Virus record (IMG/VR): IMGVR_UViG_3300028591_005215
Location: 1-64,000 of that record
Reading direction: 5' to 3' (one strand)
Source of the DNA: a virus
Lineage: Duplodnaviria > Caudoviricetes
DNA: 64,000 nucleotides
Position 1 is the first letter of the stretch. Each line of letters starts with the position of its first letter. The notes beneath the pieces were generated by a model. It ran no database searches. It was not told the DNA's origin and saw nothing but the letters and a program-made list of their open reading frames with translations. A program made the translations under genes and the position numbers. Shown here piece after piece: positions 38,624 through 49,189 of the stretch.

Positions 38624-41600
38624 TTAATTATCATTACCACCTAAGAATGGTGTGCTTGTTGATGATGGATAGAATTGATTATGAATTATGTCATACATTC
38701 CATATACATTATCTGAATCACGCTTAACAGGTTTCATATTTAAGGTTGGGGTATCATTACCATTTATGTACAACTTAAATGAATAGAATTTACCACGATA
38801 AATCGGATATGATACAGTATTTTTATTACCAGCACTAAGTAAAGTTAAAGTGTTAGTGCCATTAGAGAATGAAACATAGTTTGAATCTAAAGCATCCCAA
38901 TGTTTAGTTGCAACACTTTCGTTAACTTTCAAACCGCCATCTTTAGTAGACCAATCAAATTCATATGAAACATTTATTTTTGTGTCAGCACTTAAGGTTA
39001 CTTTCTGATTTTGTAAATTTTCTCTTTTGTTACCGATGGTACCGCCATTACCATATAATCCTCTTTGATAAAATCCTAAAGTACAGAATGCGTTACCGTT
39101 ATGATTCAAAATTTGTACAAAATCTTCTTCAGTATCATCTATTGCTGACATAGAAACTTCTGCTTCAAATTTAACTTTATGAGTTTCTGACGAGAATGGG
39201 TTTATACCACAAATCTTAGCTACATTTTCACCATTATTACCTGCTGCTGTTGCTGATACAGTGTTCATAACCCAACCAACATCAGTATAAGTTTCAATGT
39301 TTGATACTACAATATCAACAGTCTTATCTTTAGCGTTTGTATGAGCCTTAACTGTAATAGTTTGGTTCTCTACATTTTCGTTAACTGTAATGTTGCCATT
39401 TTGGTCAATTGTAGCATATTCAGCGCCACTAATAATGCTAAATTGTATTTGTTCATTAGCCGTTACTGGTGTAATATTAGATATAGTTACATTACCGCTC
39501 TTATTAATAGTTTGTGGGGCTGACAATGTAAAGTCTTGCACGTATACTGTTTGGTCATAACCACCGCTGAAAGCAGTAGTAATAGATGGATAGAATTGTC
39601 CACTTAAATTACTATACATACCATACACATTATCTGATTTTCTTAAAGCTGCTCGTAAATCAAATTTTAATGTATTACCTTCATAAGCTTGTATATAATA
39701 TATTTGGCCGTTAAACGTATCACCAATGAATCTAGGAATTGCATAAAAACGTTGCGTTCCAATTGGGCTTAAACTGTCAAAACTTTTTGAAACTACACCT
39801 AAATTATTTACGTTTAGTGTTAATGTTCCTGCTTGTGTACTGCTAGAACTATTGTTCCCGAAATTACTTGTTGCTTCAATTTCGTAAACTGTATTAGGCT
39901 CAATTGTTAATGAATAGGTCAACCCACTATATGTGTTATTAGCTCCATCACGTTCCTCAATAGATATGCCATTTGAATTTATGTAAATAGAAAAATATAC
40001 ACTATTATGTGAGATGTCACCAGTACAAGGTGCAGTAAAATAAGTTGTACCTGTTGGTACGGCACTGCCAGTTTTTATCTTCAATTTAAATGTATATACT
40101 TCGCATTGATTAAGTTTAGATTCATAATAGTCAACGTAGCCTAATGCAGATTTCTGACTTCCGCTACCTTCTTGCTTTATCCAATTAACAAATTCAACAT
40201 CTTCTTTGTATTGAACCATCACAGTTTTTGTAGCTGTAGCGTGATAGCTACTACTAACGCAAGCAACTGTTACATTTGGTTTATAATAGTTAATCATACC
40301 ACTAGCAGTAGTTTGATTAGATAGCCCTAATTTTTTAGGTGTTAGCAGTCCTTCACTTGTTAAAGTTGCATAGTTAGAATCGTTAGTACCACTTAAAATC
40401 CATCTGTATTTTTCAGTATAATTGCTTGGCTCTATTGTAGCTGTATATTGTTTTGAAGTACCAATCGCTTCAGAATCGCCACTAATGGTAATAGCCGAAA
40501 TAGGGATAACTGTTGGATGATTCGCTTCTTCCAAAGTAGTTTTTAATTGAGGGACAATTTGTGGCATTTGGAGGAAATGAATACCATCATTACCTTCATA
40601 AACGTAAGCTAAATCCTTTTCAAAATAGTCCATATTAGAATACCCTAAATTAGAACCATTTTGTATTTCTACTGAACGTGTCCAACCATTAATACCATCA
40701 TTACTAACCCATAATGACATATTCATACGTTTATTATATGTTTCAACGGTTGCATTCATATTTGTATTATAGTCAAAAGACATTACATACATATTTTCAA
40801 TTTTATCAATGTCAGCTTGGCATTCAAGCTGTCTTGGGTCAAAATCATTGCTAACTGCTGTAAACGTGTCATTGTCAAAATCATATGTATAGCAATTCCT
40901 TTTATATGATGGTGTTGCATTTTTGTCATTGCTTCTTGCGTTCAAATATAGTTTTCCATCATTGCCTTCAAAGATAGCAACCTCATTATCACCAGCGTGT
41001 GGGGTAGTATTTGAATACGTCCAATCACCACCAACACGTTTATAAATTAAGCCACTATACCAATTATTATCAGTTTTAGTAGCCATAGCTGGCAAAACCA
41101 ATGTACCATCACTCATTTGAATACCATTTGTTGCAGCAACCCAAGAGCATTTAAATTTAGTTGAATTCCACTTATCTTTTGTTGATATTGGGTTAGACCA
41201 TGTTTTTCCATCATCATCAGAATACATGTATAAAGAATCACCTTCTTCTGTTGTAGCTGAGACTGCTTTTGCATGATTTGTTGACATATCTTTACGGTAA
41301 ACCAATACCCAAAGATAAATCCTACCTTTAACACCATGCACACCAGTTCTATCAATGACGAACATAGGGTTCATATATTTTAAGCTAGCACTTTCATCAT
41401 ATGCTAATAAAGTTCTATATTCCCAAGTTGTTGCAGAATAATTCCTACGAGCAAACAATATACTTGTATCAGTTTCATCTGCCACAGCTGGGCGGTCTTC
41501 GCAAGTTGCAATATAGTTTCCTTTATTTGTAATAGCTACTGAAGGAATACGTCTAAAAGACCCTGTGCCACTACCAGTATCAACACCACTTTTGAAAATT

Positions 41601-42574
41601 ACGTTATCTGCAATTTGATAATCACTATTATCTGTGTTAAATTCATCTAAAGTAACTGTGCTAATTGATGTATAAATCGAATTAACTTCAATTTGAATAA
41701 AAGGTAGAATTCTTATATCATTAGTGCTACTTGTATTGTTAACAGTCCAAGATTCTATTGTGTCATTAGCACCTTGAATATAATATATAGCTTCAGACGA
41801 AAATAATGCTGCATTATTTAATGCTGTCTGCTTTAATGTAGAAGTCCAATAACCTGAAGAAGCTAAAGTTGCAGAACTACCTAAAGTTTCTAAGGCAGCT
41901 TCTAAAATAGAATTGGATTTTATGCCATTTAAACGTGCACTTTCAAATTCACCAGCGCTAGGTATATACCATTCACTACTAAAATTATTTTTTAGTAATT
42001 CAAGTGCTGGGAATTTACTAAAATCACTAATAGAATCTAGCCATGCTTGAGTGTTAGACATTCCACCAAAGTCTTTTATTAATATAGGTATAGCAATACT
42101 TGGACTTATACTAGTACTAGTTATGTTTGCAGCAGCAATTTGCCCTTCAACACCATTTGTTTCTCCAGTTATCCCATAAAAGGTTAAATTAGGATTTCCT
42201 GAATTAACATCTTGTAAGGTACTGAAGTTTACATGCTGTGTAAAAGCATTATTTGTTAATGCCTTTACTGAAGCAAACATTGGCTTATTTGTCATTTCAT
42301 TAACACCAACAAAGATACCGATAGCATCAGCCTTTTGCGACTCTGTAATTGAAGCTTGAGATACAACTGTCTTCTTGTCTGAAAGCAAGAAAGAACCTAT
42401 TTTCAATGCTGTATAAACAGGGATTTCCTTTCCGCCTTCTTCTTGTGTTCCGACATTGAAGTAAACGGTATCACCTTGCCTAATCCAAGCAATTCCAGGC
42501 ACAATCATGTTTTCTTGTCCGCCTGCATCCATAAAATCTTGCAGGGTTTCGTAAGCTTTTAAATATTTTGCCAT
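38624..42574 (-). CDS. Multidomain protein, probably virion-associated: DUF1566-like N-domain, GH33-like sialidase (BNR), Ig-like domains and duplicated C-terminal domain
   Basis: WYIPSAGE...YWTST; FRRIP; Asp-boxes SDDDGKTW and SNDGINGW; YAT(L/I)...G Ig repeats; two RxSDNVYGMY...FYPS repeats. Confidence 0.75.
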   Translation of the reverse strand: MAKYLKAYETLQDFMDAGGQENMIVPGIAWIRQGDTVYFNVGTQEEGGKEIPVYTALKIGSFLLSDKKTVVSQASITESQKADAIGIFVGVNEMTNKPMFASVKALTNNAFTQHVNFSTLQDVNSGNPNLTFYGITGETNGVEGQIAAANITSTSISPSIAIPILIKDFGGMSNTQAWLDSISDFSKFPALELLKNNFSSEWYIPSAGEFESARLNGIKSNSILEAALETLGSSATLASSGYWTSTLKQTALNNAALFSSEAIYYIQGANDTIESWTVNNTSSTNDIRILPFIQIEVNSIYTSISTVTLDEFNTDNSDYQIADNVIFKSGVDTGSGTGSFRRIPSVAITNKGNYIATCEDRPAVADETDTSILFARRNYSATTWEYRTLLAYDESASLKYMNPMFVIDRTGVHGVKGRIYLWVLVYRKDMSTNHAKAVSATTEEGDSLYMYSDDDGKTWSNPISTKDKWNSTKFKCSWVAATNGIQMSDGTLVLPAMATKTDNNWYSGLIYKRVGGDWTYSNTTPHAGDNEVAIFEGNDGKLYLNARSNDKNATPSYKRNCYTYDFDNDTFTAVSNDFDPRQLECQADIDKIENMYVMSFDYNTNMNATVETYNKRMNMSLWVSNDGINGWTRSVEIQNGSNLGYSNMDYFEKDLAYVYEGNDGIHFLQMPQIVPQLKTTLEEANHPTVIPISAITISGDSEAIGTSKQYTATIEPSNYTEKYRWILSGTNDSNYATLTSEGLLTPKKLGLSNQTTASGMINYYKPNVTVACVSSSYHATATKTVMVQYKEDVEFVNWIKQEGSGSQKSALGYVDYYESKLNQCEVYTFKLKIKTGSAVPTGTTYFTAPCTGDISHNSVYFSIYINSNGISIEERDGANNTYSGLTYSLTIEPNTVYEIEATSNFGNNSSSSTQAGTLTLNVNNLGVVSKSFDSLSPIGTQRFYAIPRFIGDTFNGQIYYIQAYEGNTLKFDLRAALRKSDNVYGMYSNLSGQFYPSITTAFSGGYDQTVYVQDFTLSAPQTINKSGNVTISNITPVTANEQIQFSIISGAEYATIDQNGNITVNENVENQTITVKAHTNAKDKTVDIVVSNIETYTDVGWVMNTVSATAAGNNGENVAKICGINPFSSETHKVKFEAEVSMSAIDDTEEDFVQILNHNGNAFCTLGFYQRGLYGNGGTIGNKRENLQNQKVTLSADTKINVSYEFDWSTKDGGLKVNESVATKHWDALDSNYVSFSNGTNTLTLLSAGNKNTVSYPIYRGKFYSFKLYINGNDTPTLNMKPVKRDSDNVYGMYDIIHNQFYPSSTSTPFLGGNDN

Positions 42575-42672
42575 AATTTAATAAATCGTTTAGATATAAA
42601 TATCTTACTGATTTATTAAAAAAGCAAAAAAGATGATGAATAACTTATTACTCACCATCTTTTAAATAGCCT

Positions 42673-43074
42673 TTAATCTATATTAGACATAAATTTTATA
42701 GCGTTATCAGTTTTTTGCATATATTCGCATTTAATGCTTCCTCGTTGAGTATATCTTATTGAAGAAGCATATTTCTTCTCAATAAAAATATCCATACGTT
42801 TTTTACCATCAATTGGTGGTACGTGATACCAGCAGCCTTCTTTGATAAAATCAAAATTAAATATTGGTTTAATATCTTTGAATGATTTGAATTTTCTTTC
42901 CTTTAATAAAGGACACCAAGAAGGCGTGTTTATAATATCACCATCTTTTAATCTGTGTGCAATTGATTGCTTGAAGCCGAAAACCAAACTTGCTCCACAT
43001 GAAGCAGTATATAATCCTTTTCTGAAAGGCATTACACTTCTATGAACGTATTTGCAAATGTTACAACATTTCAT
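42673..43074 (-). CDS. Hypothetical Cys-motif protein
   Basis: CCNIC...C...PSWCPL. Confidence 0.7.
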   Translation of the reverse strand: MKCCNICKYVHRSVMPFRKGLYTASCGASLVFGFKQSIAHRLKDGDIINTPSWCPLLKERKFKSFKDIKPIFNFDFIKEGCWYHVPPIDGKKRMDIFIEKKYASSIRYTQRGSIKCEYMQKTDNAIKFMSNID

Positions 43075-43307
43075 GTATTATTTTTTTAAAATTTTGTTTC
43101 ATTACTGACCTTGATAGTGGTGATGCAATATTTTCCCACCAATTTTCCACTTTTTTTCCTTTAGAATGTAAGTGTGAGTCTATTTTCCAAGAGTTACCTC
43201 CTGTGATATGTTTTTGTCTTCCATAAGGTTTCATATGTGATAATATATATAAAATTTTTTTAATAAAAAACTATTTAATAATATTTAACTGTTAATATTA
43301 TTTAACT

Positions 43308-44072
43308 ATGGAAGTAGATAAAATTTTTAATGAGGATTGCGTTTCAACAATAGAGAATAGAATTGAAGATAGTACAATAGATTTAGTTATGACATCACCA
43401 CCATACAATATGACGCATAGAAAAGGTGGTTATGCTGATAGCGGAAGATATGATGTATATAAGGATTGGAAGTCTGAAGAAGAATATATAGAATGGACAT
43501 GTCATTTATTTAATGATTTTGATAGAATCGTTAAAAATAATGGTACTGTAATTTATAACTTTTCATATTCAGTTTTGAACCCTTCATTACCATACAAAAT
43601 TATTGCAGAGATAGAAAAACAAAGTAATTGGAGATTGGTAGACACTATTGTATGGAAGAAGAAATCTTGTATTCCTGTACCTGGACAGCCGAGAAGATTG
43701 ACAAGGGCATGGGAATTTGTTTGGATTTTTGCAAGAAATACTGAAATAGAAACATATAACGTATATAAAGGTGTAAAAACAATTTCACAAAAAACTGGAC
43801 AAAAATTTTATAACCTTTTCTACAACTATATTGAAGCGAAAAATAATGATAATGAAACAAGGAAATTGAATCAAGCAACTTATTCTACAGACCTATGTAA
43901 ACAGTTGTTTAGGATATATGCCACTGATGAAAACTTGATATATGACCCATTTATGGGTACAGGAACAACTGCTGCTGCTTGCAAGGAACTTGGCTTGCAT
44001 TATCTTGGTAGTGAACTATCTGAAAATCAGTGTAAATATGCTGAAGAACGCATTAAAAATATAGCTGATTAG
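43308..44072 (+). CDS. Amino (N4-C/N6-A) DNA methyltransferase, beta class, orphan
   Basis: TSPPY catalytic motif precedes DPFMGTGTT SAM-binding motif. Confidence 0.92.
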   Translation: MEVDKIFNEDCVSTIENRIEDSTIDLVMTSPPYNMTHRKGGYADSGRYDVYKDWKSEEEYIEWTCHLFNDFDRIVKNNGTVIYNFSYSVLNPSLPYKIIAEIEKQSNWRLVDTIVWKKKSCIPVPGQPRRLTRAWEFVWIFARNTEIETYNVYKGVKTISQKTGQKFYNLFYNYIEAKNNDNETRKLNQATYSTDLCKQLFRIYATDENLIYDPFMGTGTTAAACKELGLHYLGSELSENQCKYAEERIKNIAD

Positions 44073-44102
44073 AGATAGATATTTAATAAAATAAAAGAAG
44101 AA

Positions 44103-45200
44103 ATGAATATATTTATAGTATATTCATTTTTTTTATCATATATGAAAAATATTAAAAGTATTATAACTGAAGAAATAAATAAGTTTGTTAATGAGGTTAA
44201 ATACATTGACAATGCTTATGGTAAAGATACGATGCCACCTTTACCTGGCGAAAAACACCCTTATAAAGTTGTCGGCAAAACAAATTGGACTGATAGATAT
44301 GAACAGGAACCTATAAAGAATAGTGATAAGATTAGAGTGTTTCATAAATGTAACATGAACACTGCTATGCAATTTGCTTTATATGGCACAAGTGGTAAAG
44401 TATATGCAAAAAGAGCATTTTCATATGAATCAGGGATGAATCCTAAAGGAATATTTGTAACTACTGATTTTAATGTAGCTAAGAATGGTTCATTTGCTTC
44501 ACACGGTGTGATTATTGAATTTACTGCAAGTGCTACTGACCTTGATACACCTGTTTGGAATGGGCAAGGAACGTATTTTGGGCAAGGAACTCAGCCTATG
44601 CCTTTTGCTAATAAGTCTGAAAGGGATGCACAAAAAAAGAAATATAATGATGATGCAAGGAGTGTAGAAGATGAAAGATATTTTAATTATCAAACTAAAA
44701 AGGACGATGTAATTTCATATGACTATATAAGGAATAGTGATAATCCTGCAATGGCTTATAACATATTTAATAACAACGAACATCAAGCTTTATTCCTTGG
44801 TGATTTGAACCCTAATATGATTAAACGTTTCTGGGTCAAGGAAGAAAACAGTGAACAATACGTACCTTATAAAAGGGTTGACTTCATAAGGAAATTTAAA
44901 GAAAAAGAAAAGGAAGAATATAAACCTGAATATTCTGATATATTTAATCCTAACGATGATTTTTCTTGGAATAAATTAGCTAAATACGAATATAATTTTG
45001 ATAGTTACTACTGCAAGAAAAACAATATATCTTTTGAGGAGTATCTTAATAAAAACTTTAAAGAAATGAAAGATACAATATTATATTATGCTGAAAATAA
45101 TCCTTATGAGTTGAGATATTATTTCTGGCCAAAACAATTGATACAAATTCTTGGTAAAGAAAAATATTTGGAAACGTTTGGTGGCATAATGGGCGTTTAA
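44103..45200 (+). CDS. ADP-ribosyltransferase-fold-like protein with IITEE leader (true start probably 44142)
   Basis: RVFH...PKGIFVTTD...GVIIEF...EHQALF. Confidence 0.55.
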   Translation: MNIFIVYSFFLSYMKNIKSIITEEINKFVNEVKYIDNAYGKDTMPPLPGEKHPYKVVGKTNWTDRYEQEPIKNSDKIRVFHKCNMNTAMQFALYGTSGKVYAKRAFSYESGMNPKGIFVTTDFNVAKNGSFASHGVIIEFTASATDLDTPVWNGQGTYFGQGTQPMPFANKSERDAQKKKYNDDARSVEDERYFNYQTKKDDVISYDYIRNSDNPAMAYNIFNNNEHQALFLGDLNPNMIKRFWVKEENSEQYVPYKRVDFIRKFKEKEKEEYKPEYSDIFNPNDDFSWNKLAKYEYNFDSYYCKKNNISFEEYLNKNFKEMKDTILYYAENNPYELRYYFWPKQLIQILGKEKYLETFGGIMGV

Positions 45201-45206
45201 CGCATA

Positions 45207-45249
45207 AATTATAAAATCCAGAAAAAAACATTTTCTGGATTTTATAATT
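45207..45249. terminator. Bidirectional terminator between convergent genes
   Basis: Long inverted repeat AATTATAAAATCCAGAAAA/TTTTCTGGATTTTATAATT. Confidence 0.75.
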
Positions 45250-45258
45250 TATTTACAC

Positions 45259-45924
45259 TTACCATTTTTTTAATCCGTATAAACAATTTAGTGACCAAAA
45301 TACATATTGCATTGCCATACAATAGTTCTCAGCATTAAACCAAAGAATGATAGACCCAAAGTCAATAAACAACCAATAATACCACGATTCTTTATATCTA
45401 TATATTGATAGAACTTGCGCAATTAGCGCAGGAACTGTTGTAATTGAATCTATAAATGGTTGTGTGTCATTAGTGCATTTAAAGGTTTGCCAAGTAAATA
45501 AAGTACCAAAAAACGCAATAATCAACGAAAAAGTTAATCCTTTATGTGTTAATGACTTTGTTGCAACTTCATTTTCATCCATTTCGTTAATTCTATAATG
45601 TTTAAGCCATATATAAATTCCATATATCATTGTAACAAAATAGAAAGCATTTTCAATTAATTCACCATAGAAAGCTTCTTTCCAAGATAAAATTACGTAA
45701 GTGAATAATTGGATAAAGCCTAAGAAATAGAATGATATTTTCCTTTGAGAACAAAGCACAACTGATAAAACACCAGATAATCCGCTCATTAATGATAAAA
45801 CAGAATTATCAGTTATAACAAACGTTACAATTTGCAATAACAAACCAAAAAGGAGGAACAACACATCAAATGTTGTTCTTCCATTTACAAATTCTTCTTT
45901 TAAGAAGCTATTAATCTTCCCCAT
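45259..45924 (-). CDS. pnuC: PnuC-family nicotinamide riboside transporter
   Basis: About 7 TM segments; YGIYIW, PFIDSITT, ESW..W...D and YG..KW motifs. Confidence 0.88.
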   Translation of the reverse strand: MGKINSFLKEEFVNGRTTFDVLFLLFGLLLQIVTFVITDNSVLSLMSGLSGVLSVVLCSQRKISFYFLGFIQLFTYVILSWKEAFYGELIENAFYFVTMIYGIYIWLKHYRINEMDENEVATKSLTHKGLTFSLIIAFFGTLFTWQTFKCTNDTQPFIDSITTVPALIAQVLSIYRYKESWYYWLFIDFGSIILWFNAENYCMAMQYVFWSLNCLYGLKKW

Positions 45925-46999
45925 AAAATGAATTAATATAATCCTTTACTCGGTTAAAATTACCTTCAAAAGTATCATCAAGAATTTCAACTTTTTCCCA
46001 CAACCCAAATTCCTTAATAAATGTGACTAAAATACCAAAGTTTTTACTTCTTTCTTCGATTGAAGATTGCTTCATATATCTTGTACCATCATCGACAAAA
46101 GTGTTCTTAGGTGGTAGTAAAAATATTTTATCCCACTTAATAGAATCTTTCAAAGATAAAGCAAGCGGTTTTAATATTGTTTCAAATTCTTCACTTGTCA
46201 GTTGCATTTCATCATTAGTTGAATAAGCTAAAGCATACATAAGTGTTACGATATTATCAGTATCTGAAATAAACAAGCCACTGTTTGATTTAGTACTTTT
46301 TTCAACCATATCATTCCTTTGACCAATTATAAAATTGGTAAAATCTTTAACAGTTAAATCAGTGTCTAGCATACATTTCTTTTCCATATATTTTCTTCCA
46401 TATTCTTCCGAAAAAGGAATGTTAAAATATGTTGCAATGTCACGGACAAGTGTTGATTTACCTTCTGAAGCTGTGCCTGTAATAAGAATGTTTTTAGTTA
46501 GTGTTTCTCTAAAAGGCGGAAGTATATAGCTCCAATATTTTACAGGATTCTTTCTTATCTTTGTACCACTAATAGGAATTGTCTTTGGTATTACAACGAC
46601 ATTAAATTTGTCAGAAACTTTTTCAATAGATTCTTGGTAGAATTTTTCAGCCAAATAGAAAGTGAAATGTGATTCATCAGTGTATAAATTATGTTTTTTA
46701 AGTTTTCTTTCGACTTCACCAAGCCAAATCTTCCAGTTATTAGGACACATGCTTTCATCAAGTCCTAAATCAGTATCGTTTATTGCATCAATTATGACTT
46801 GTTCATCGTTTTTAAATATTTCTTTTACCTTACAAGTTTTTTGGCTTAAAGAAAGGGTGATTTCTTTAGCCCTTTCTTCGCCTTCATATCCGCAAACAAT
46901 AAGTAAAACCTTATCATTTTCTTTTTTTGCTTTCATGATGCTGTCTAAATGCCCTCTATGCATAGGGCAATACCCACCAAAACAAATACCTACCTTCAT
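45911..46999 (-). CDS. nadR: NadR-like bifunctional NMN adenylyltransferase / ribosylnicotinamide kinase (no HTH)
   Basis: GGYCPMHRGH (HxGH), ISGTKIR, P-loop GTASEGKST, EYGR, DTD, FVDDGTR. Confidence 0.88.
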   Translation of the reverse strand: MKVGICFGGYCPMHRGHLDSIMKAKKENDKVLLIVCGYEGEERAKEITLSLSQKTCKVKEIFKNDEQVIIDAINDTDLGLDESMCPNNWKIWLGEVERKLKKHNLYTDESHFTFYLAEKFYQESIEKVSDKFNVVVIPKTIPISGTKIRKNPVKYWSYILPPFRETLTKNILITGTASEGKSTLVRDIATYFNIPFSEEYGRKYMEKKCMLDTDLTVKDFTNFIIGQRNDMVEKSTKSNSGLFISDTDNIVTLMYALAYSTNDEMQLTSEEFETILKPLALSLKDSIKWDKIFLLPPKNTFVDDGTRYMKQSSIEERSKNFGILVTFIKEFGLWEKVEILDDTFEGNFNRVKDYINSFYGED

Positions 47000-47001
47000 G
47001 C

Positions 47002-49083
47002 TTAGAAATTAATTTTAAATATACCCATCACATTAGTACCTGCAAGTGGGCAGTACAATGTTTCATTACTTGCGCCAACTGCACCTGAGCAGTAATTAGT
47101 ACGATTAAAAATATTGTTAATCTTACCAATAAATTCTAATGCTTTACTGAACTTAATATTGCCATAAAGATTAAAAGTGCAGCTATTAGGGATATAATGT
47201 TCATTTGACATATCCACATACATTTTAGAATAAAAGTTAAAATTCAAACCAACACCATATGTAGGCTTCTCCCAACTCAAGTCAGTATTCCAAATAATAG
47301 ATGGTGAAAGAATAGAATTCATATTATCACCAAAGGTTTCAGTACTTACTTTATTCTTAGATAAAGAGAATGTGTTATTAAAATTTAAGCCATCCCACAC
47401 ATTCCAATATTCACTAACTTCGACACCATATCGTTTACTTGACTTAGCATTTTCATGCTGAGGAAGGCCATTCAAGCCAAACTCACCATTAAGGACAAGT
47501 TCATCCTTAAATTTCATATAGAACAAGTTAACATTAAATTTAAAACCATCAGTAACGTATTCTGTTCCAAGTTCCCAATCATTAGCCTTTTCAGCTTTGC
47601 TTGTTGCAATAGCTGGTGTGCCATCAGCATTATAAGTGATATATTCATTACCGCCAAACATATCACTACGTGTTGGCTCACGATTTACATGGTTAAATCG
47701 TGCATAAGTTTTAAGGTTATATGTTGGGTTATATTCAAACCCTAATCCATAATTAATAAAATTCCACTTACTACCAAGTTCTGAACCAGAATACTTGTTG
47801 TTAGAGAGTAAATCAGTATATGTGAAATTAACGTGGCGATATTGAACGTTAGCATTTACCTTTAAATTAGAAAGAATTTCATAGTTAGCAATTCCAAACA
47901 ACGTTAAATCAAACTTATTTCCGCCATTATCATAATAATCGCCACCATTATATACATTGTCATTAAAGTTTACATTTTCAGATTTATTATCCAAAAAATG
48001 ATGACGATAATAATTATACGCTGATACGCCTGTTGTTACATTAAATTTATCGTAAATAAGTTTTAACGCATTAGATGTACCTTCCATATAATATCGCAAA
48101 CCATAGCTATAAAGTGAGTTAGTTGTACCAATTTTCCATGTAGGGTCAACCATACGTTGCATATAGTTATCTAAATCCATACGATATGAACCTCGCTGCG
48201 TTTGGAAATATAATGCAGATGTCAACAATGCATGGTCTGAAATCCAACCTTTATACTGAAGTTTTAAGAAAGAAGTCCAAAAATCATCAGTATCTTTTTT
48301 GCTATTGCCATTTGCACGTGGGTTACTTGCTAATTCTTCCTTAGAATTAAAAATCCAACCTTGTCCATTACGATGATAGCCAGTTACACCAAAGAAATCA
48401 ATTATGTTTTTATCATTAAACTTGTATGCAGTTTTAAATGCAAAAGAATGTGAATTATTAGAACTATAATTGCGATAACCATCAGTTTGAAAATGTGTTG
48501 ACCTTACGTGTAACCCCCACTTATCTGTTGGTGTCATATTATAAGCAACACTATTTTCAAATGTCTTATCACTTCCATAACCAAATGATGCATACGATTT
48601 ATGTGGTTTAAATACATCAATAGATTCAAAATTTACACCACCAGCTACACCTGCAATACCATTATACATAGATGATGCACCACGTTCAATTTTAACTGAT
48701 TGCATCGAACTTAAAAGGTCAGGTACATTAGCAAAATAAACACCAAAATCTTCAGCTTCATTCCAAGGACATCCATCTAACGTTACATTTATACGTGTTT
48801 GGTCAAGCCCACGAATTCTGAAATATCCATACCCATATTCAGTTCCATTATCAGACATTGAAAAGATAGATGGTAACTTTGCGAAAAGATGAGACGGCTC
48901 TTGCTGCAAGTTAGATTTACTAAGCTCATCACTTGTAATAAGACTACCTGTTAACACATTGTTACGATAAAAAGACGTAACACTAACTTCATCTATGTGA
49001 TGGATTGAATCCATCAATTCTTCATTTGCGAATGCTACGATTGATGAAATAAGCATTGCAAACATTAGAAGTAATTTTTTCAT
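47002..49083 (-). CDS. TonB-dependent outer-membrane receptor
   Basis: Signal peptide; plug motifs IRG...RINVTLDG.P.N and IERG; C-terminal Phe. Confidence 0.9.
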   Translation of the reverse strand: MKKLLLMFAMLISSIVAFANEELMDSIHHIDEVSVTSFYRNNVLTGSLITSDELSKSNLQQEPSHLFAKLPSIFSMSDNGTEYGYGYFRIRGLDQTRINVTLDGCPWNEAEDFGVYFANVPDLLSSMQSVKIERGASSMYNGIAGVAGGVNFESIDVFKPHKSYASFGYGSDKTFENSVAYNMTPTDKWGLHVRSTHFQTDGYRNYSSNNSHSFAFKTAYKFNDKNIIDFFGVTGYHRNGQGWIFNSKEELASNPRANGNSKKDTDDFWTSFLKLQYKGWISDHALLTSALYFQTQRGSYRMDLDNYMQRMVDPTWKIGTTNSLYSYGLRYYMEGTSNALKLIYDKFNVTTGVSAYNYYRHHFLDNKSENVNFNDNVYNGGDYYDNGGNKFDLTLFGIANYEILSNLKVNANVQYRHVNFTYTDLLSNNKYSGSELGSKWNFINYGLGFEYNPTYNLKTYARFNHVNREPTRSDMFGGNEYITYNADGTPAIATSKAEKANDWELGTEYVTDGFKFNVNLFYMKFKDELVLNGEFGLNGLPQHENAKSSKRYGVEVSEYWNVWDGLNFNNTFSLSKNKVSTETFGDNMNSILSPSIIWNTDLSWEKPTYGVGLNFNFYSKMYVDMSNEHYIPNSCTFNLYGNIKFSKALEFIGKINNIFNRTNYCSGAVGASNETLYCPLAGTNVMGIFKINF

Positions 49084-49189
49084 TATAAAAATATTTCGTT
49101 ATACATTTAATTAACAATGGCAAATATAACTATTTATTTTTATACTACAAAAGTTCTAATGTTAAAAAAATAAAAAAAGGTAAGTAAAA

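Noticed and set aside
43308-44072. Restriction-modification system
   Set aside because: No recognisable endonuclease is adjacent, so it is treated as an orphan methyltransferase.
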